Shown: piece by piece, positions 27,107-36,554 of the stretch
How positions within the stretch are numbered: position 1 is the first letter of the stretch
Layout: each line of letters opens with the position of its first letter
NCBI GenBank assembly: GCA_902764145.1
Contig: CACWUS010000003.1
Location: 2,980 to 66,979, forward strand
Length of the DNA: 64,000 nt
From: an uncultured Erysipelotrichaceae bacterium
Lineage (GTDB): Bacteria > Bacillota_I > Bacilli_A > RF39 > UBA660
Reading direction: 5' to 3'
The notes under the pieces: model-generated
Database searches by the model: none
What the model saw: only the letters and a program-made list of their open reading frames with translations
What the model was told of the DNA's origin: nothing
Translations under genes and position numbers: made by a program

Positions 27107-27565
27107 TTATTTATTTTTCTTAAATAGTATATCACTATCCAAAACAATAGTCACAGGTCCATCATTATAAATTTCTACTTTCATATCTGACCCAAATATA
27201 CCAGTTTCAGTATGAACAAATTCATTTAGTTTTTCATTAAACTTATCATACAAAATAGTTGCATCATTTGGATTTAAAGCTTCAGCAAATGAAGGACGTC
27301 TACCTTCTGTACAATTAGCATATAAAGTAAATTGACTAATACTTAGTATTGAACCTTTAGTATCAAGAATACTTAAATTCATCTTTTCATTTTCATCTTC
27401 AAATATTCTTAAATTAATTATTTTATTAATCATCTTATCAATAATTTCTTCATTGTCACCATCAGTAAATCCTACTAAAATAACAAATCCATGATCAATT
27501 TTACCATTTACTTTACCATAGATTGTAACACTACTTTTTTTACTTCTTTGAATAACTACTCTCAT
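27107..27565 (-). CDS. dtd: D-aminoacyl-tRNA deacylase
   Basis: 152 aa with MRVVIQR start, SQFTLYA and NDGPVT motifs. Typical rel-dtd synteny. Confidence 0.94.
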   Translation of the reverse strand: MRVVIQRSKKSSVTIYGKVNGKIDHGFVILVGFTDGDNEEIIDKMINKIINLRIFEDENEKMNLSILDTKGSILSISQFTLYANCTEGRRPSFAEALNPNDATILYDKFNEKLNEFVHTETGIFGSDMKVEIYNDGPVTIVLDSDILFKKNK

Positions 27566-29694
27566 TATATAAATATCCTTTCTACATCACGAACATTATT
27601 TAATTGACTTATTTCATCAATAAATTTATGTAAAGAAGTAATATTTTTAACTTTACAAGTTACATCATAAAACATTTCTTTATTTCTATTTATTAAATTA
27701 ATTGAATCAATAACAACATCAGATTTAGTTGCTATATTTACTATTGTAACAAGTAAATCTCCTACATCATCTATGTATATTTTCAATCTAGAAGTATATC
27801 TATTATCTAAACTTTGTTCCCAAGAAGCTTCAATTATTCTCTCACTATTTAAATCAATATTAGGACAATTCTTAGAATGGATTTTAACCCCATAACCACG
27901 AGTAATATATCCAACTATTTCTTCACCATACACAGGGTTACAACAAGTTGCAAATGTCGATAATATATCACTTGATCCAGCAATAATAATACCATTTTTA
28001 GATTTTGATCCTTTTTTAGGTAAACTTACTACTTTTTTCTTTGGCTCTTTTATTTCAAGTTTACCAAGAACAGTAGATGGTAAATATCTTAATGTTGATA
28101 CTGAAAAATATATATCATCAAGAGAATCCAAACTTAAACTCTTACATAATTTTTCTACATTTTCTAAAGTAAACACTTCATTAAAATCAACATTTCTTTT
28201 TTTACACTCTTGTAATAACATTTCTTTTCCAAGAGATAAATAATTATCTCTTTCTTTTTTATAGAAATATGATTTTATTCTACTCTTAGCACTTTCTGTT
28301 TTAACAAATTTTAACCATCCTTTAGATGGGGCATGACCTTTTTGAGTAATTAATTCTACTAAATCACCATCAGATAATTCATAATCAAGTTTTACCATTT
28401 TGCCATTAACTAAAGCACCTGTCGTTGTATTTCCAACTTCACTATGAATTTTATATCCAAAATCTATTGGTGTTGCTCCACTTGGAAGTTCAATTATATC
28501 TCCCTTTGGAGTATAAACATATATTTCACTTCTTTTAAGTTCATCTTTAATATTAACAAAGAATTCCATATTCTCTTTAATATCATTCATTTCTACTAGT
28601 ACTCTAAATTGTTCAAGTATTTTATCTAAACTATTTTTAACACTACCATCAGTTTGTTCTTTGTAACTCCAGTGAGATGCTACACCTTTTTCAGCAATTT
28701 CATCCATCTCATAAGTTCTTACTTGTAATTCATAAATTCTTTTATCTTCACCAAAAATTGTTGTATGTAAACTTTGATACAAATTAGGTTTAGGATTTGC
28801 TATATAATCTTTAAATCTATTTGGTATTGGTTGATATCTAGCTTGAACAAGGCCAATAACTCTATAACAATCTTCAACATCATCAACAAGAACTCTAATT
28901 CCTAGTAAATCATATATATCTTCCCATTTTTTACCATTTTTAAGCTTATTATAAATACCTCTAACTGATTTAACGCGAGATAATATCTCATACTTAATAT
29001 TATGAGCATCAAGTATTTGCATTATTTCATATTTCATTTTTGATAATGATTTTTCAAGTTCATCTTTAGAAGCATTAATCCTATCAAGAACTTTTTTATA
29101 TTCCTCTGGATCAGAATATTGTAAACATAAATCCTCAAGTTCACTCTTAATCTTTTTCATACCTAATCTATGTGCCATAGGTATATATATGTTTTGAGTT
29201 TCATCAATTATATATTGTTGATGAATTGGATCATGCACTTTTAATGTTCTTAAATTATGAAGTCTATCAGCAAACTTAATAAATAATGTTGCAGGATTTT
29301 CAGAAAGACCAACTATAATTCTTCTATACTTTTCTGGATTATCAATTTTAAATGTTCTTCTTAAGTTACTAATTTTAGTTATTGAAGAAACTATATTAGC
29401 AGAATCTGTTCCAAACATATCCTCTATTTCTTCATAAGTCATTTTTCCTAAAGATATTGCTTCATGTATTAAAGCACATCCAATAGTTAGTGGATCCATT
29501 TTTAAAGTTGCAAGTATATATGCAACATTAATAGGATGAAGAATATATTCTTCACCTGTTTCTCTTTTCATACCAGCATAAATAATTTTAGCTTGCTCAT
29601 AATACTTATTAATAAATTCAATATATTCACTATCCATATATGAATTTAATACATCTAACAAGTCTTCGTAAGTATAATTTTTTATTATATTCAC
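27565..29694 (-). CDS. rel: long RelA/SpoT-homolog (p)ppGpp synthetase with substituted hydrolase active-site residues
   Basis: 709 aa. The synthetase motifs are intact (SRVKSVRGIYNKL, DLLGIRV, YQSLHTT, ELQVRT), and TGS and ACT-like C-terminal regions are present. A gapless alignment of residues 48-109 to Streptococcus Rel-Seq shows H53 and H77 retained, but D78E, E81S and D82L (LIHEAISLG versus FLHDVVEDT). Confidence 0.9.
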   Translation of the reverse strand: MNIIKNYTYEDLLDVLNSYMDSEYIEFINKYYEQAKIIYAGMKRETGEEYILHPINVAYILATLKMDPLTIGCALIHEAISLGKMTYEEIEDMFGTDSANIVSSITKISNLRRTFKIDNPEKYRRIIVGLSENPATLFIKFADRLHNLRTLKVHDPIHQQYIIDETQNIYIPMAHRLGMKKIKSELEDLCLQYSDPEEYKKVLDRINASKDELEKSLSKMKYEIMQILDAHNIKYEILSRVKSVRGIYNKLKNGKKWEDIYDLLGIRVLVDDVEDCYRVIGLVQARYQPIPNRFKDYIANPKPNLYQSLHTTIFGEDKRIYELQVRTYEMDEIAEKGVASHWSYKEQTDGSVKNSLDKILEQFRVLVEMNDIKENMEFFVNIKDELKRSEIYVYTPKGDIIELPSGATPIDFGYKIHSEVGNTTTGALVNGKMVKLDYELSDGDLVELITQKGHAPSKGWLKFVKTESAKSRIKSYFYKKERDNYLSLGKEMLLQECKKRNVDFNEVFTLENVEKLCKSLSLDSLDDIYFSVSTLRYLPSTVLGKLEIKEPKKKVVSLPKKGSKSKNGIIIAGSSDILSTFATCCNPVYGEEIVGYITRGYGVKIHSKNCPNIDLNSERIIEASWEQSLDNRYTSRLKIYIDDVGDLLVTIVNIATKSDVVIDSINLINRNKEMFYDVTCKVKNITSLHKFIDEISQLNNVRDVERIFI

Positions 29695-29699
29695 CTTCT

Positions 29700-31931
29700 T
29701 TATGAATTAATACCTTTAACTTTTAATTCCTGTAATTCATCATCATCATCGCTTTCAGGTTTATCTATACTTCTCTTTTCTAATACCATCCATATTCTAG
29801 GACCTATTAATAATGATGAAATAGTACCAGCAATTAATCCAATTAATATAGCAATATCAAATGTAATAATATCATTAAGTCCTACACATATTAATGTTAC
29901 AACAGAAACTATAGTAGTAATACTTGTCCATATATTTCTATTAATAGTTTGAATAGATGAAGTATTTACTAAATTAGTAAGTTCTTCTTTTGAAAGTTTC
30001 TTTTTATTTCTATATAGGTTAGCTCTATTTTCTCTAATTCTATCAAATACAACAATTGTATCATTAATTGAATAACCAACTATAGTTAGAAGTGCTGCGA
30101 CTATAATAAAGTCTACACTTATATTAAATATAGCAAATACTGCAAGTATAATTAAACTATCATGCATAAGCATTAATATTCCCGTAATAGCAAAATTAAA
30201 ATTAAATCTTATTGTTACATAAATAACAATTGCTATCATTGAATAAACTAGTGCTTTAATAGCATTCTTAGTCAAACTCTTAGTAACTAAATTACTTATT
30301 TCACTTACAGATGTAGTTATTCCAAGACTCTCTATTTTTGATTTAACACTAAGTTCTGTTTCTTCATCTAATATATCATTTATAATAATATATCCTTCAG
30401 TCTTAGAACCTAAATAATAATCATAATCCCTAATATCATAATCTTTAACTATTTCTTTTACTTTTTCAAAATCAATATTACTACTACTTGATAAAGCAAT
30501 ATTAGTTCCACCTGTAAAATCTACTCCAAAATTAAATCCTTTAACAAGAACAAATATTATTCCAAGTACAATAATAAGACCTGATATAATTATTGGATAT
30601 TTAGATATTTTTACATAATTAATTTCTTTTTTATGTTTACTTTTTCCAAATAAGAATACTGGATTATCTTTAAATACTCCACTCTTAACACTTAAACTTA
30701 CAAGTAAACGATATAACATTACACATGTAAATACTGTTACAAAAATTGTAATAATTAACATAGTAGCAAATCCTCTAACACTACTTTCACCAAATATATA
30801 AAGTACAATTCCAGCAATTAATGTTGTAATGTTAGCATCTATAATTGAAGATAAACTACTCTTATTACCTTCCTTATATGCAATATTTAATTTAGAATTT
30901 CTAGTAAGTTCATCTTTAACTCTCTCATTAGATATAATAATTGAATCTACTGCCATACCAATACCTAATACTAAAGCAGCAATTCCAGTTAATGTAAGAA
31001 CTCCATCAACTGCATTAAACAATATGAACACTAATAATAAGTATGTAAATAAACATATACTTCCAATTAATCCACTAAATCTATATTTAAATATTAAAAT
31101 TAATGATATAAGTACAAATGTAATAATACCAGCAATTCCAGTTTTACTAATTGTTTCTTCTCCAAATGTAGGAGAAACACTTCTTGGAGTAGCTTCTTCT
31201 GTTAATTTAGTTGGAAGACTACCACTATTAATTAAATCAGCTAATTCTTCTGCCTGCTCTTTTGTAAAACTTCCACTTATAGTTACAGTATTACTACTAA
31301 GTCCTTCGTTTACATATGCAGCAGAAATACATTTCATACTACCAAGACCACATTCACTTTTCATACTTTCATATGAATCAGTTTTAGGATCAAAATCTAA
31401 CCAAGTAATTATTTTATTGTTATCATTTCCTCTTTTACTTAGTTCTTTAGTTACATTATAAAACTTCTCGATATCATCAATATCAAGAGCAACTTCATGT
31501 CTTAATTCCTGAGTATTATAGTTATATTTAGCACCATTACGGCCTAAAATATCACTTGTTAACAATAAATTATCTTCTGTATCTCTAAATGTTAAAACAG
31601 CTGTAGTACTAATTCTACTTCTAGCTTCTTCCTCATTAGATACACCTGGTAATTGAACTCTAATTAAATTATCACCTTCAATAGTAATGACTGGTTCACT
31701 TACTCCTAAAGTATCAATTCTTTTTACAATAGCGGAATATGTCTTTTGTAAATCATCACTAGTTAACTCTTCTCCTTCTGTAAGTGGTGCTACATTATAA
31801 AGAATCTCAAATCCACCTTGTAAATCAATTCCATAAGAAATATTATTAATAATTGGTTTTATTAATAAAGCTCCTACAGATATAATTAATATCATAACTA
31901 TAATTGATATTATAAAATTTCTTTTTTTCAT
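29700..31931 (-). CDS. secDF: protein translocase subunit SecDF (fused)
   Basis: 743 aa with a duplicated six-TM SecD/SecF architecture and a large first periplasmic-type loop. A ComN-like gene lies upstream, as in Bacillus. Confidence 0.93.
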   Translation of the reverse strand: MKKRNFIISIIVMILIISVGALLIKPIINNISYGIDLQGGFEILYNVAPLTEGEELTSDDLQKTYSAIVKRIDTLGVSEPVITIEGDNLIRVQLPGVSNEEEARSRISTTAVLTFRDTEDNLLLTSDILGRNGAKYNYNTQELRHEVALDIDDIEKFYNVTKELSKRGNDNNKIITWLDFDPKTDSYESMKSECGLGSMKCISAAYVNEGLSSNTVTISGSFTKEQAEELADLINSGSLPTKLTEEATPRSVSPTFGEETISKTGIAGIITFVLISLILIFKYRFSGLIGSICLFTYLLLVFILFNAVDGVLTLTGIAALVLGIGMAVDSIIISNERVKDELTRNSKLNIAYKEGNKSSLSSIIDANITTLIAGIVLYIFGESSVRGFATMLIITIFVTVFTCVMLYRLLVSLSVKSGVFKDNPVFLFGKSKHKKEINYVKISKYPIIISGLIIVLGIIFVLVKGFNFGVDFTGGTNIALSSSSNIDFEKVKEIVKDYDIRDYDYYLGSKTEGYIIINDILDEETELSVKSKIESLGITTSVSEISNLVTKSLTKNAIKALVYSMIAIVIYVTIRFNFNFAITGILMLMHDSLIILAVFAIFNISVDFIIVAALLTIVGYSINDTIVVFDRIRENRANLYRNKKKLSKEELTNLVNTSSIQTINRNIWTSITTIVSVVTLICVGLNDIITFDIAILIGLIAGTISSLLIGPRIWMVLEKRSIDKPESDDDDELQELKVKGINS

Positions 31932-31940
31932 GACTGCCTC

Positions 31941-32234
31941 CTAATTCAAGTTATCTATTTTACTTATAGGTTCATTATTTTTATATTTAGTTAATTTTTG
32001 CATTACATAATCATTAATAGAATAATTATCAGCATGAATAATATCACTTATTAATTCATGAAGTTCCAAATTTTTTTTATTCTTCCAAGATGTTTCAACT
32101 AAGTAATTCCATATATCCTTTTCAGTAGCATAATTAAGATGCATTCTCCTTAATTCTTTTACTTTAGAATATAATGCAGGAAGAACTCTATTATATAATT
32201 CTTTAACCGTTTTAAATTCTATATTATCATCCAT
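31941..32234 (-). CDS. comN: post-transcriptional regulator ComN-like protein
   Basis: I place the start at ATG 32234 (MDDNIEFK...), because the track N-terminal extension overlaps the upstream terminator. ALYSKVKELRR...TEKDIWNYLVETSWKNKK.LELHELISDI fits the ComN/YrzD family pattern. The position directly upstream of secDF is as in Bacillus subtilis. Confidence 0.6.
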   Translation of the reverse strand: MDDNIEFKTVKELYNRVLPALYSKVKELRRMHLNYATEKDIWNYLVETSWKNKKNLELHELISDIIHADNYSINDYVMQKLTKYKNNEPISKIDNLN

Positions 32235-32274
32235 AAGTAACACCAATATAATTATACAATAATAAAAATTAAAA

Positions 32275-32314
32275 ATAAACAAAAACTACATCTATTAATA
32301 AATGATGTAGTTTT
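32275..32314 (-). terminator. rho-independent terminator after the prepilin-like gene
   Basis: Stem AAAACTACATC (32282..32292) / GATGTAGTTTT (32304..32314) with an 11-nt loop, followed on the minus strand by TGTTTATTTTT. Confidence 0.6.
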
Positions 32315-32319
32315 ATTTT

Positions 32320-33921
32320 TTATTTAACAACAAGTCTAAATTTATTAGTGTCTATATATCTTACGTATGTACCATCTCCACAATAAACTCTATCTTCGTT
32401 TTTATCAGTTAAAGCATTCTTTGATGCAACTGATTGCCATATTGTATATCCATTTAATATATTACCTTCTTTTAACATGAACATAATAACAATGTTTGAG
32501 AACCCCCCATTTCCAACATTACCAGCAGTATATACACTACTAATAAAATTATTAGAAGAAAAGTTTTCACCACCAATTATTACAAGCGGTTCAACATAAC
32601 CATTCTCTACCATTTGTTTTAATGAATAATAATTTCCATTTACTTTAAACTTAATATTTTTTGTTTGAATATCTGTTTTAACTTTGCCATTACAACCATG
32701 ATTTCTAAAATCAAAGAAGAATGTTGTTCCACCTGGAGAAGCAACCACAGGACTATCAAAATCTTGCTCTGTAGTATTTTTCTTTTGAGCAAAGCCTAAC
32801 ATTCCACCTAATTGCTTAACATTATTTTGATTAAGATATCCTATTGTACATGTATTATAAAATTTTGCATGCGTACCCTTTGATTCACTTAATCCTAACC
32901 AAGAATCATAAACCCCAGTAAAATACCTGTAAAAACCAAGTGTACTTAGAGCATCTGTAGAACAATATCCTGCATCACTAGTAGATATATAGTCATCTAC
33001 TCCATAATTTCCAACAGAGTCAGCATAATTTTGATTTTCAGACTTTTTCAACCATGCACTTTTTAAATTGGTATAACAAGTACCATCTTCTAATATAACT
33101 CCAAGTTTATCTTGATATCCTTTTTCTTCTAGAATTGAAGAAACATTTCCATAATTATATGTACACTCTTTTGATCCATCACCCTTCGATATAAAACAAG
33201 TACCACAATTGACCCACATTGCATATAACGTGATATCCTTATCTACCTCATATAAAGATCCTGATGAAAATTTTTCTCCATTTCCATTAGAATTACTATT
33301 CCATCCATTGAATGTATATCCACTTCTTGTTGGAATATCAGTGCTTAAATTTATAGCTACACCTTGTTGTTTTGTTTGACTTGCAGGCTCATTTGAACCT
33401 CCATTAGCATTATATGTAACAATAAATGTAGTTTGTGTTAGATTAGTAGGAATTGTAGGTTCTATATTATTTACACTTGCTCCATCACATGTTATATCTA
33501 TTATATATTCTTCATCTAATGAACCTATACTTTCTGCATCTGTTATTTCTGTTTTCTTTAGTGCATATTTATCACTTTTAAACTGAAAACTTCCATCTTT
33601 TGCATAATATTTTATTACATTTCCTTCTGAATCAAATTCTATATAGTATTGTATGTCATCTCTTCCACTTAAATCTAGTTTTCCTACACAACTATTATCA
33701 CTGTTTCTAGCATATGCTGTATATCCTGATTTAGTTAATGTATCCGCTATTCTTTGCTCTTCTGCTGCCATATATATTGTTTTTAATTCATTTATAAATG
33801 ATTGCTTTTTTGCACTATTAAACATTTCAATTACGTTTGGTAATGCTATTATTACTAATATTGCAAGTATTGCTATTACTGCTAGTAATTCTACTAGAGT
33901 AAATCCCACTCTTTTTTTCAT
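32320..33921 (-). CDS. large prepilin-type (type IV pilin / pseudopilin-like) protein with Listeria-Bacteroides repeat and Cys-rich C-terminal domain
   Basis: The N-terminus MKKRVG|FTLVELLAVIAILAILVIIALPN is a class III signal peptide (Gly -1, Phe +1, Glu +5). Residues around 166-236, TYNANGGSNEPASQT...RSGYTFNGWNSNSNG...DITLYAMW, match the InlB B-repeat / Flg_new motif. The final 300 aa or so form a Cys-containing domain of unknown family. Confidence 0.8.
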   Translation of the reverse strand: MKKRVGFTLVELLAVIAILAILVIIALPNVIEMFNSAKKQSFINELKTIYMAAEEQRIADTLTKSGYTAYARNSDNSCVGKLDLSGRDDIQYYIEFDSEGNVIKYYAKDGSFQFKSDKYALKKTEITDAESIGSLDEEYIIDITCDGASVNNIEPTIPTNLTQTTFIVTYNANGGSNEPASQTKQQGVAINLSTDIPTRSGYTFNGWNSNSNGNGEKFSSGSLYEVDKDITLYAMWVNCGTCFISKGDGSKECTYNYGNVSSILEEKGYQDKLGVILEDGTCYTNLKSAWLKKSENQNYADSVGNYGVDDYISTSDAGYCSTDALSTLGFYRYFTGVYDSWLGLSESKGTHAKFYNTCTIGYLNQNNVKQLGGMLGFAQKKNTTEQDFDSPVVASPGGTTFFFDFRNHGCNGKVKTDIQTKNIKFKVNGNYYSLKQMVENGYVEPLVIIGGENFSSNNFISSVYTAGNVGNGGFSNIVIMFMLKEGNILNGYTIWQSVASKNALTDKNEDRVYCGDGTYVRYIDTNKFRLVVK

Positions 33922-33940
33922 ACACTATTCACCTAGTGTA

Positions 33941-33950
33941 ATTATATCAC
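33941..33950 (-). promoter_or_regulatory. extended -10 promoter element (GTGATATAAT) of the prepilin-like gene
   Basis: The minus strand reads GTGATATAAT (33950..33941), directly after the upstream terminator T run and about 20 nt before the SD AGGTGAA. Confidence 0.5.
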
Positions 33951-33984
33951 AAAAAAAGAACAATTATTTTTACTTAATTGTTCT
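33950..33984 (-). terminator. rho-independent terminator after the M16 peptidase pair
   Basis: Perfect 10-bp stem AGAACAATTA (33957..33966) / TAATTGTTCT (33975..33984) with an 8-nt loop and a minus-strand T7 run. The stop codon of 33970..35235 lies in the loop. Confidence 0.75.
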
Positions 33985-35235
33985 AATTACACTAACATTG
34001 TCAAATTCAAGTGATTTTAATATTTTAATAGCTTCATTATAATTCATATTATTAATAGTTGAATATTCATTATAATCTATTTTATTTTCCATAAGTATAG
34101 ATACACATATATTATATTCAATATCTTCAATGTTATCAAAATCAGTTATATATGATTTTAAGAATATTTTTTTCTTTCTTTCAAAATCATTCTTTGTTAA
34201 ATCTAAAGTTTTTATATCTTTAGAAATATTATTTATAAATACATTCGCATCATCACATGTAGCACTTATCATTAATACTACATAATCATCTATTATATTT
34301 ACACCAGTACTCATATTTGTAACAATATTTTCATTTTTATATTTTTCAAACAATTTAGATGAAGCAGAAAAATTACATGAAAGTATTATATTTAAATAAT
34401 ATCTTAGTATATTATCATTATTTATATCAAATAACTTCTTATTAATTTTAATACCATATTTTACCCTAGAATCATTTAAATCTCTTCTAATTTCTTGATA
34501 ACTTATCCTTACACTATCTTTCTCTTTTTTCTTAACTAATTTTGGTAGTTTCTTTTGTTTTAAGTTAAGTTTATCCATATATTCATGTATAACATTACTT
34601 ACTTCATTTATGTCAAAATTACCAGTAACTATAATAAATGTATTATTTGGTACATAATAATCACTATATATCTCATTTAAACTTTTAGCTGTTATTTTTT
34701 CAATATCACTTCTTTCACCAACAACTGTATTATTTACATAAGATGAATGAAACATATTATTAAATAGTTCACTATACATAAAACTATTTAAATCATCTTT
34801 ATACATATCTATTTCTTCACCAATAATACCTTTTTCTTCATTAACACATTTTTCATTTATATCTGTGTTATAAAAAATATCTAAAAGTAATTTTAAATTT
34901 TCTATTAAATTAATACTACCAAAAATATTATAATTAGTGCCATGATAATTAGTCCATGCATTAGCTAAACTTCCTAATGAATTAATTCTTTCTGATATTT
35001 CTTTATTTTCAGATAATGCCATTACTTTATGCTCTAAAAAATGAGCACTACCTGGAATAACATTAACTTCTTTCTTGCCTTTTTTATACTTTAAAATATT
35101 AGCTCCATAATTAACAGATATTGAAATATAAAAGTTTTTAGTTTTATTAGTTGGATATAAATATACGTTAATTCCATTGGATAATTTTTCAGAATACAAA
35201 CATTCATCTACTTTTTCAAATATGTGTTTTTTCAT
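33970..35235 (-). CDS. M16-family zinc peptidase, catalytic subunit (HxxEH present)
   Basis: 421 aa with the inverted zinc motif HFLEH in GSAHFLEHKV. It forms a YmfH/YmfF-like pair with the upstream gene (1-nt overlap). Confidence 0.85.
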   Translation of the reverse strand: MKKHIFEKVDECLYSEKLSNGINVYLYPTNKTKNFYISISVNYGANILKYKKGKKEVNVIPGSAHFLEHKVMALSENKEISERINSLGSLANAWTNYHGTNYNIFGSINLIENLKLLLDIFYNTDINEKCVNEEKGIIGEEIDMYKDDLNSFMYSELFNNMFHSSYVNNTVVGERSDIEKITAKSLNEIYSDYYVPNNTFIIVTGNFDINEVSNVIHEYMDKLNLKQKKLPKLVKKKEKDSVRISYQEIRRDLNDSRVKYGIKINKKLFDINNDNILRYYLNIILSCNFSASSKLFEKYKNENIVTNMSTGVNIIDDYVVLMISATCDDANVFINNISKDIKTLDLTKNDFERKKKIFLKSYITDFDNIEDIEYNICVSILMENKIDYNEYSTINNMNYNEAIKILKSLEFDNVSVIRTIK

Positions 35236-36494
35236 TAGTTGTTGTCTCCCTTCAATAAATAGATTGTACTTAATTTTATTTTTTTATTTAAATTAATAAC
35301 TTCATCTATTGTAACTTTATTAATGTTATCTCTTAATGTTTCTACATCTTCAACACTCTCAAATTCTCTATTATAATATGTATTTATTTGAGATATAACA
35401 TCATCATAATAATTATTTAAGTAAGTATTAATTGTTTTCTTTGCTGAATCAAATAATCTACTAACTTGTTTTTCATCACTCATATTATCAACACATTTTT
35501 TAATAAGTTCAATTGTTTTTTCATAATTATCTTTATTTATACCTGCATAAATTGTTAATGATGGATTATATTTAGTGACATATGATCCGATTGAATAACA
35601 CAATGAATTTTCTTCCCTAACAATATTAAATAATATTGAATCATTCATTGTTCCAAGAATTGTATTATATATTCTTAATACATGATTTAATTCATGATCA
35701 CTCATATCTATTAATCTATATCCAATATATAATTTAGACTGATTAAAATGAAGAGATTCTTGTTTTTCAATTACTTCATCTTTATATTTATGATTGATAG
35801 TTAGTGACATTTTCTTATTATTACATTTAATACCTTTAAACATGTCTTCTATAATATTTACTATACTTTCATCAACTTCTCCAAGAACACACACATCAAT
35901 TTTAAAACTTCCATCAAATAATGTTTTATAAAACTTGTATAGTTTCTTATTATCAATACTTTCTAATTCTTCTAATGTAGGAATACTACTATATGATGTA
36001 GGTGTTTTATCATACATTATCTTAGCATATTCTATTCCGGCATAAAGATTTGGATTAATTTTAATAGAATTAATTTTAGAAATAATATCATTTTTAATAA
36101 TATTATAATATTCTAAATTAAACTCTTCATTTTCTACATTTGGATTAAATACTACTTCTTTTAAATAATCTAATGATTCTTTCATATATTTACTATCAGT
36201 ATATTTGGGATTAACAAAATCAAGTGAAAATACGAAAGATTCTAATTTACCACTTAATCCAAATGAAGAAGAAACTTTCGCACCATACAATTCTTCACCA
36301 TGAATAGCAATTTTATTTTTAGTATTGTATTTTTTAGATGAATAAACCATATTATAAGCAAGTAAATTACCATAAACTATATCATTCTTATTAAATTCAC
36401 GAGTAAAAAATACAACTACATTTATAGTTTTAAATCTACTCGTATTTATTAAATGAATAGTTAAATTATCTTTATCAATTTTTTTATAATCCAT
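35235..36494 (-). CDS. M16-family peptidase homolog, non-catalytic partner (no HxxEH)
   Basis: 419 aa with the insulinase fold pattern. The zinc-motif position reads GNLLAYNM. Confidence 0.75.
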   Translation of the reverse strand: MDYKKIDKDNLTIHLINTSRFKTINVVVFFTREFNKNDIVYGNLLAYNMVYSSKKYNTKNKIAIHGEELYGAKVSSSFGLSGKLESFVFSLDFVNPKYTDSKYMKESLDYLKEVVFNPNVENEEFNLEYYNIIKNDIISKINSIKINPNLYAGIEYAKIMYDKTPTSYSSIPTLEELESIDNKKLYKFYKTLFDGSFKIDVCVLGEVDESIVNIIEDMFKGIKCNNKKMSLTINHKYKDEVIEKQESLHFNQSKLYIGYRLIDMSDHELNHVLRIYNTILGTMNDSILFNIVREENSLCYSIGSYVTKYNPSLTIYAGINKDNYEKTIELIKKCVDNMSDEKQVSRLFDSAKKTINTYLNNYYDDVISQINTYYNREFESVEDVETLRDNINKVTIDEVINLNKKIKLSTIYLLKGDNN

Positions 36495-36507
36495 TTTAAC
36501 CTCCTAT

Positions 36508-36537
36508 ATAAAAAGAAGATAACTCGTATCTTCTTTT
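36508..36537 (-). terminator. rho-independent terminator after deoD
   Basis: Stem AAAAGAAGATA (36511..36521) / TATCTTCTTTT (36527..36537) with a 5-nt loop, followed by TATATAGGAGG and the next gene. Confidence 0.65.
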
Positions 36538-36554
36538 ATTATTAACAAAACTTA

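Noticed and set aside
30829-31461. 210-aa plus-strand ORF inside secDF, and the many other 60-130-aa ORFs antisense to long genes. Examples: 780..1145, 5945..6154, 8423..8644, 8518..8772, 10005..10253, 10652..10894, 12435..12644, 12721..13017, 14072..14275, 15591..15776, 17189..17449, 24938..25177, 26242..26466, 33653..34042, 37598..37780, 38983..39198, 40033..40335, 40969..41274, 43854..44087, 46904..47107, 48507..48746, 50650..50949, 52932..53114, 53148..53462, 56888..57142, 58432..58677, 63115..63330.
   Set aside because: All lie antisense to ORFs with clear family motifs. They have low-complexity Ile/Leu/Ser/Phe-rich products typical of shadow frames in AT-rich DNA. They lack SD sequences and leave no room for promoters.
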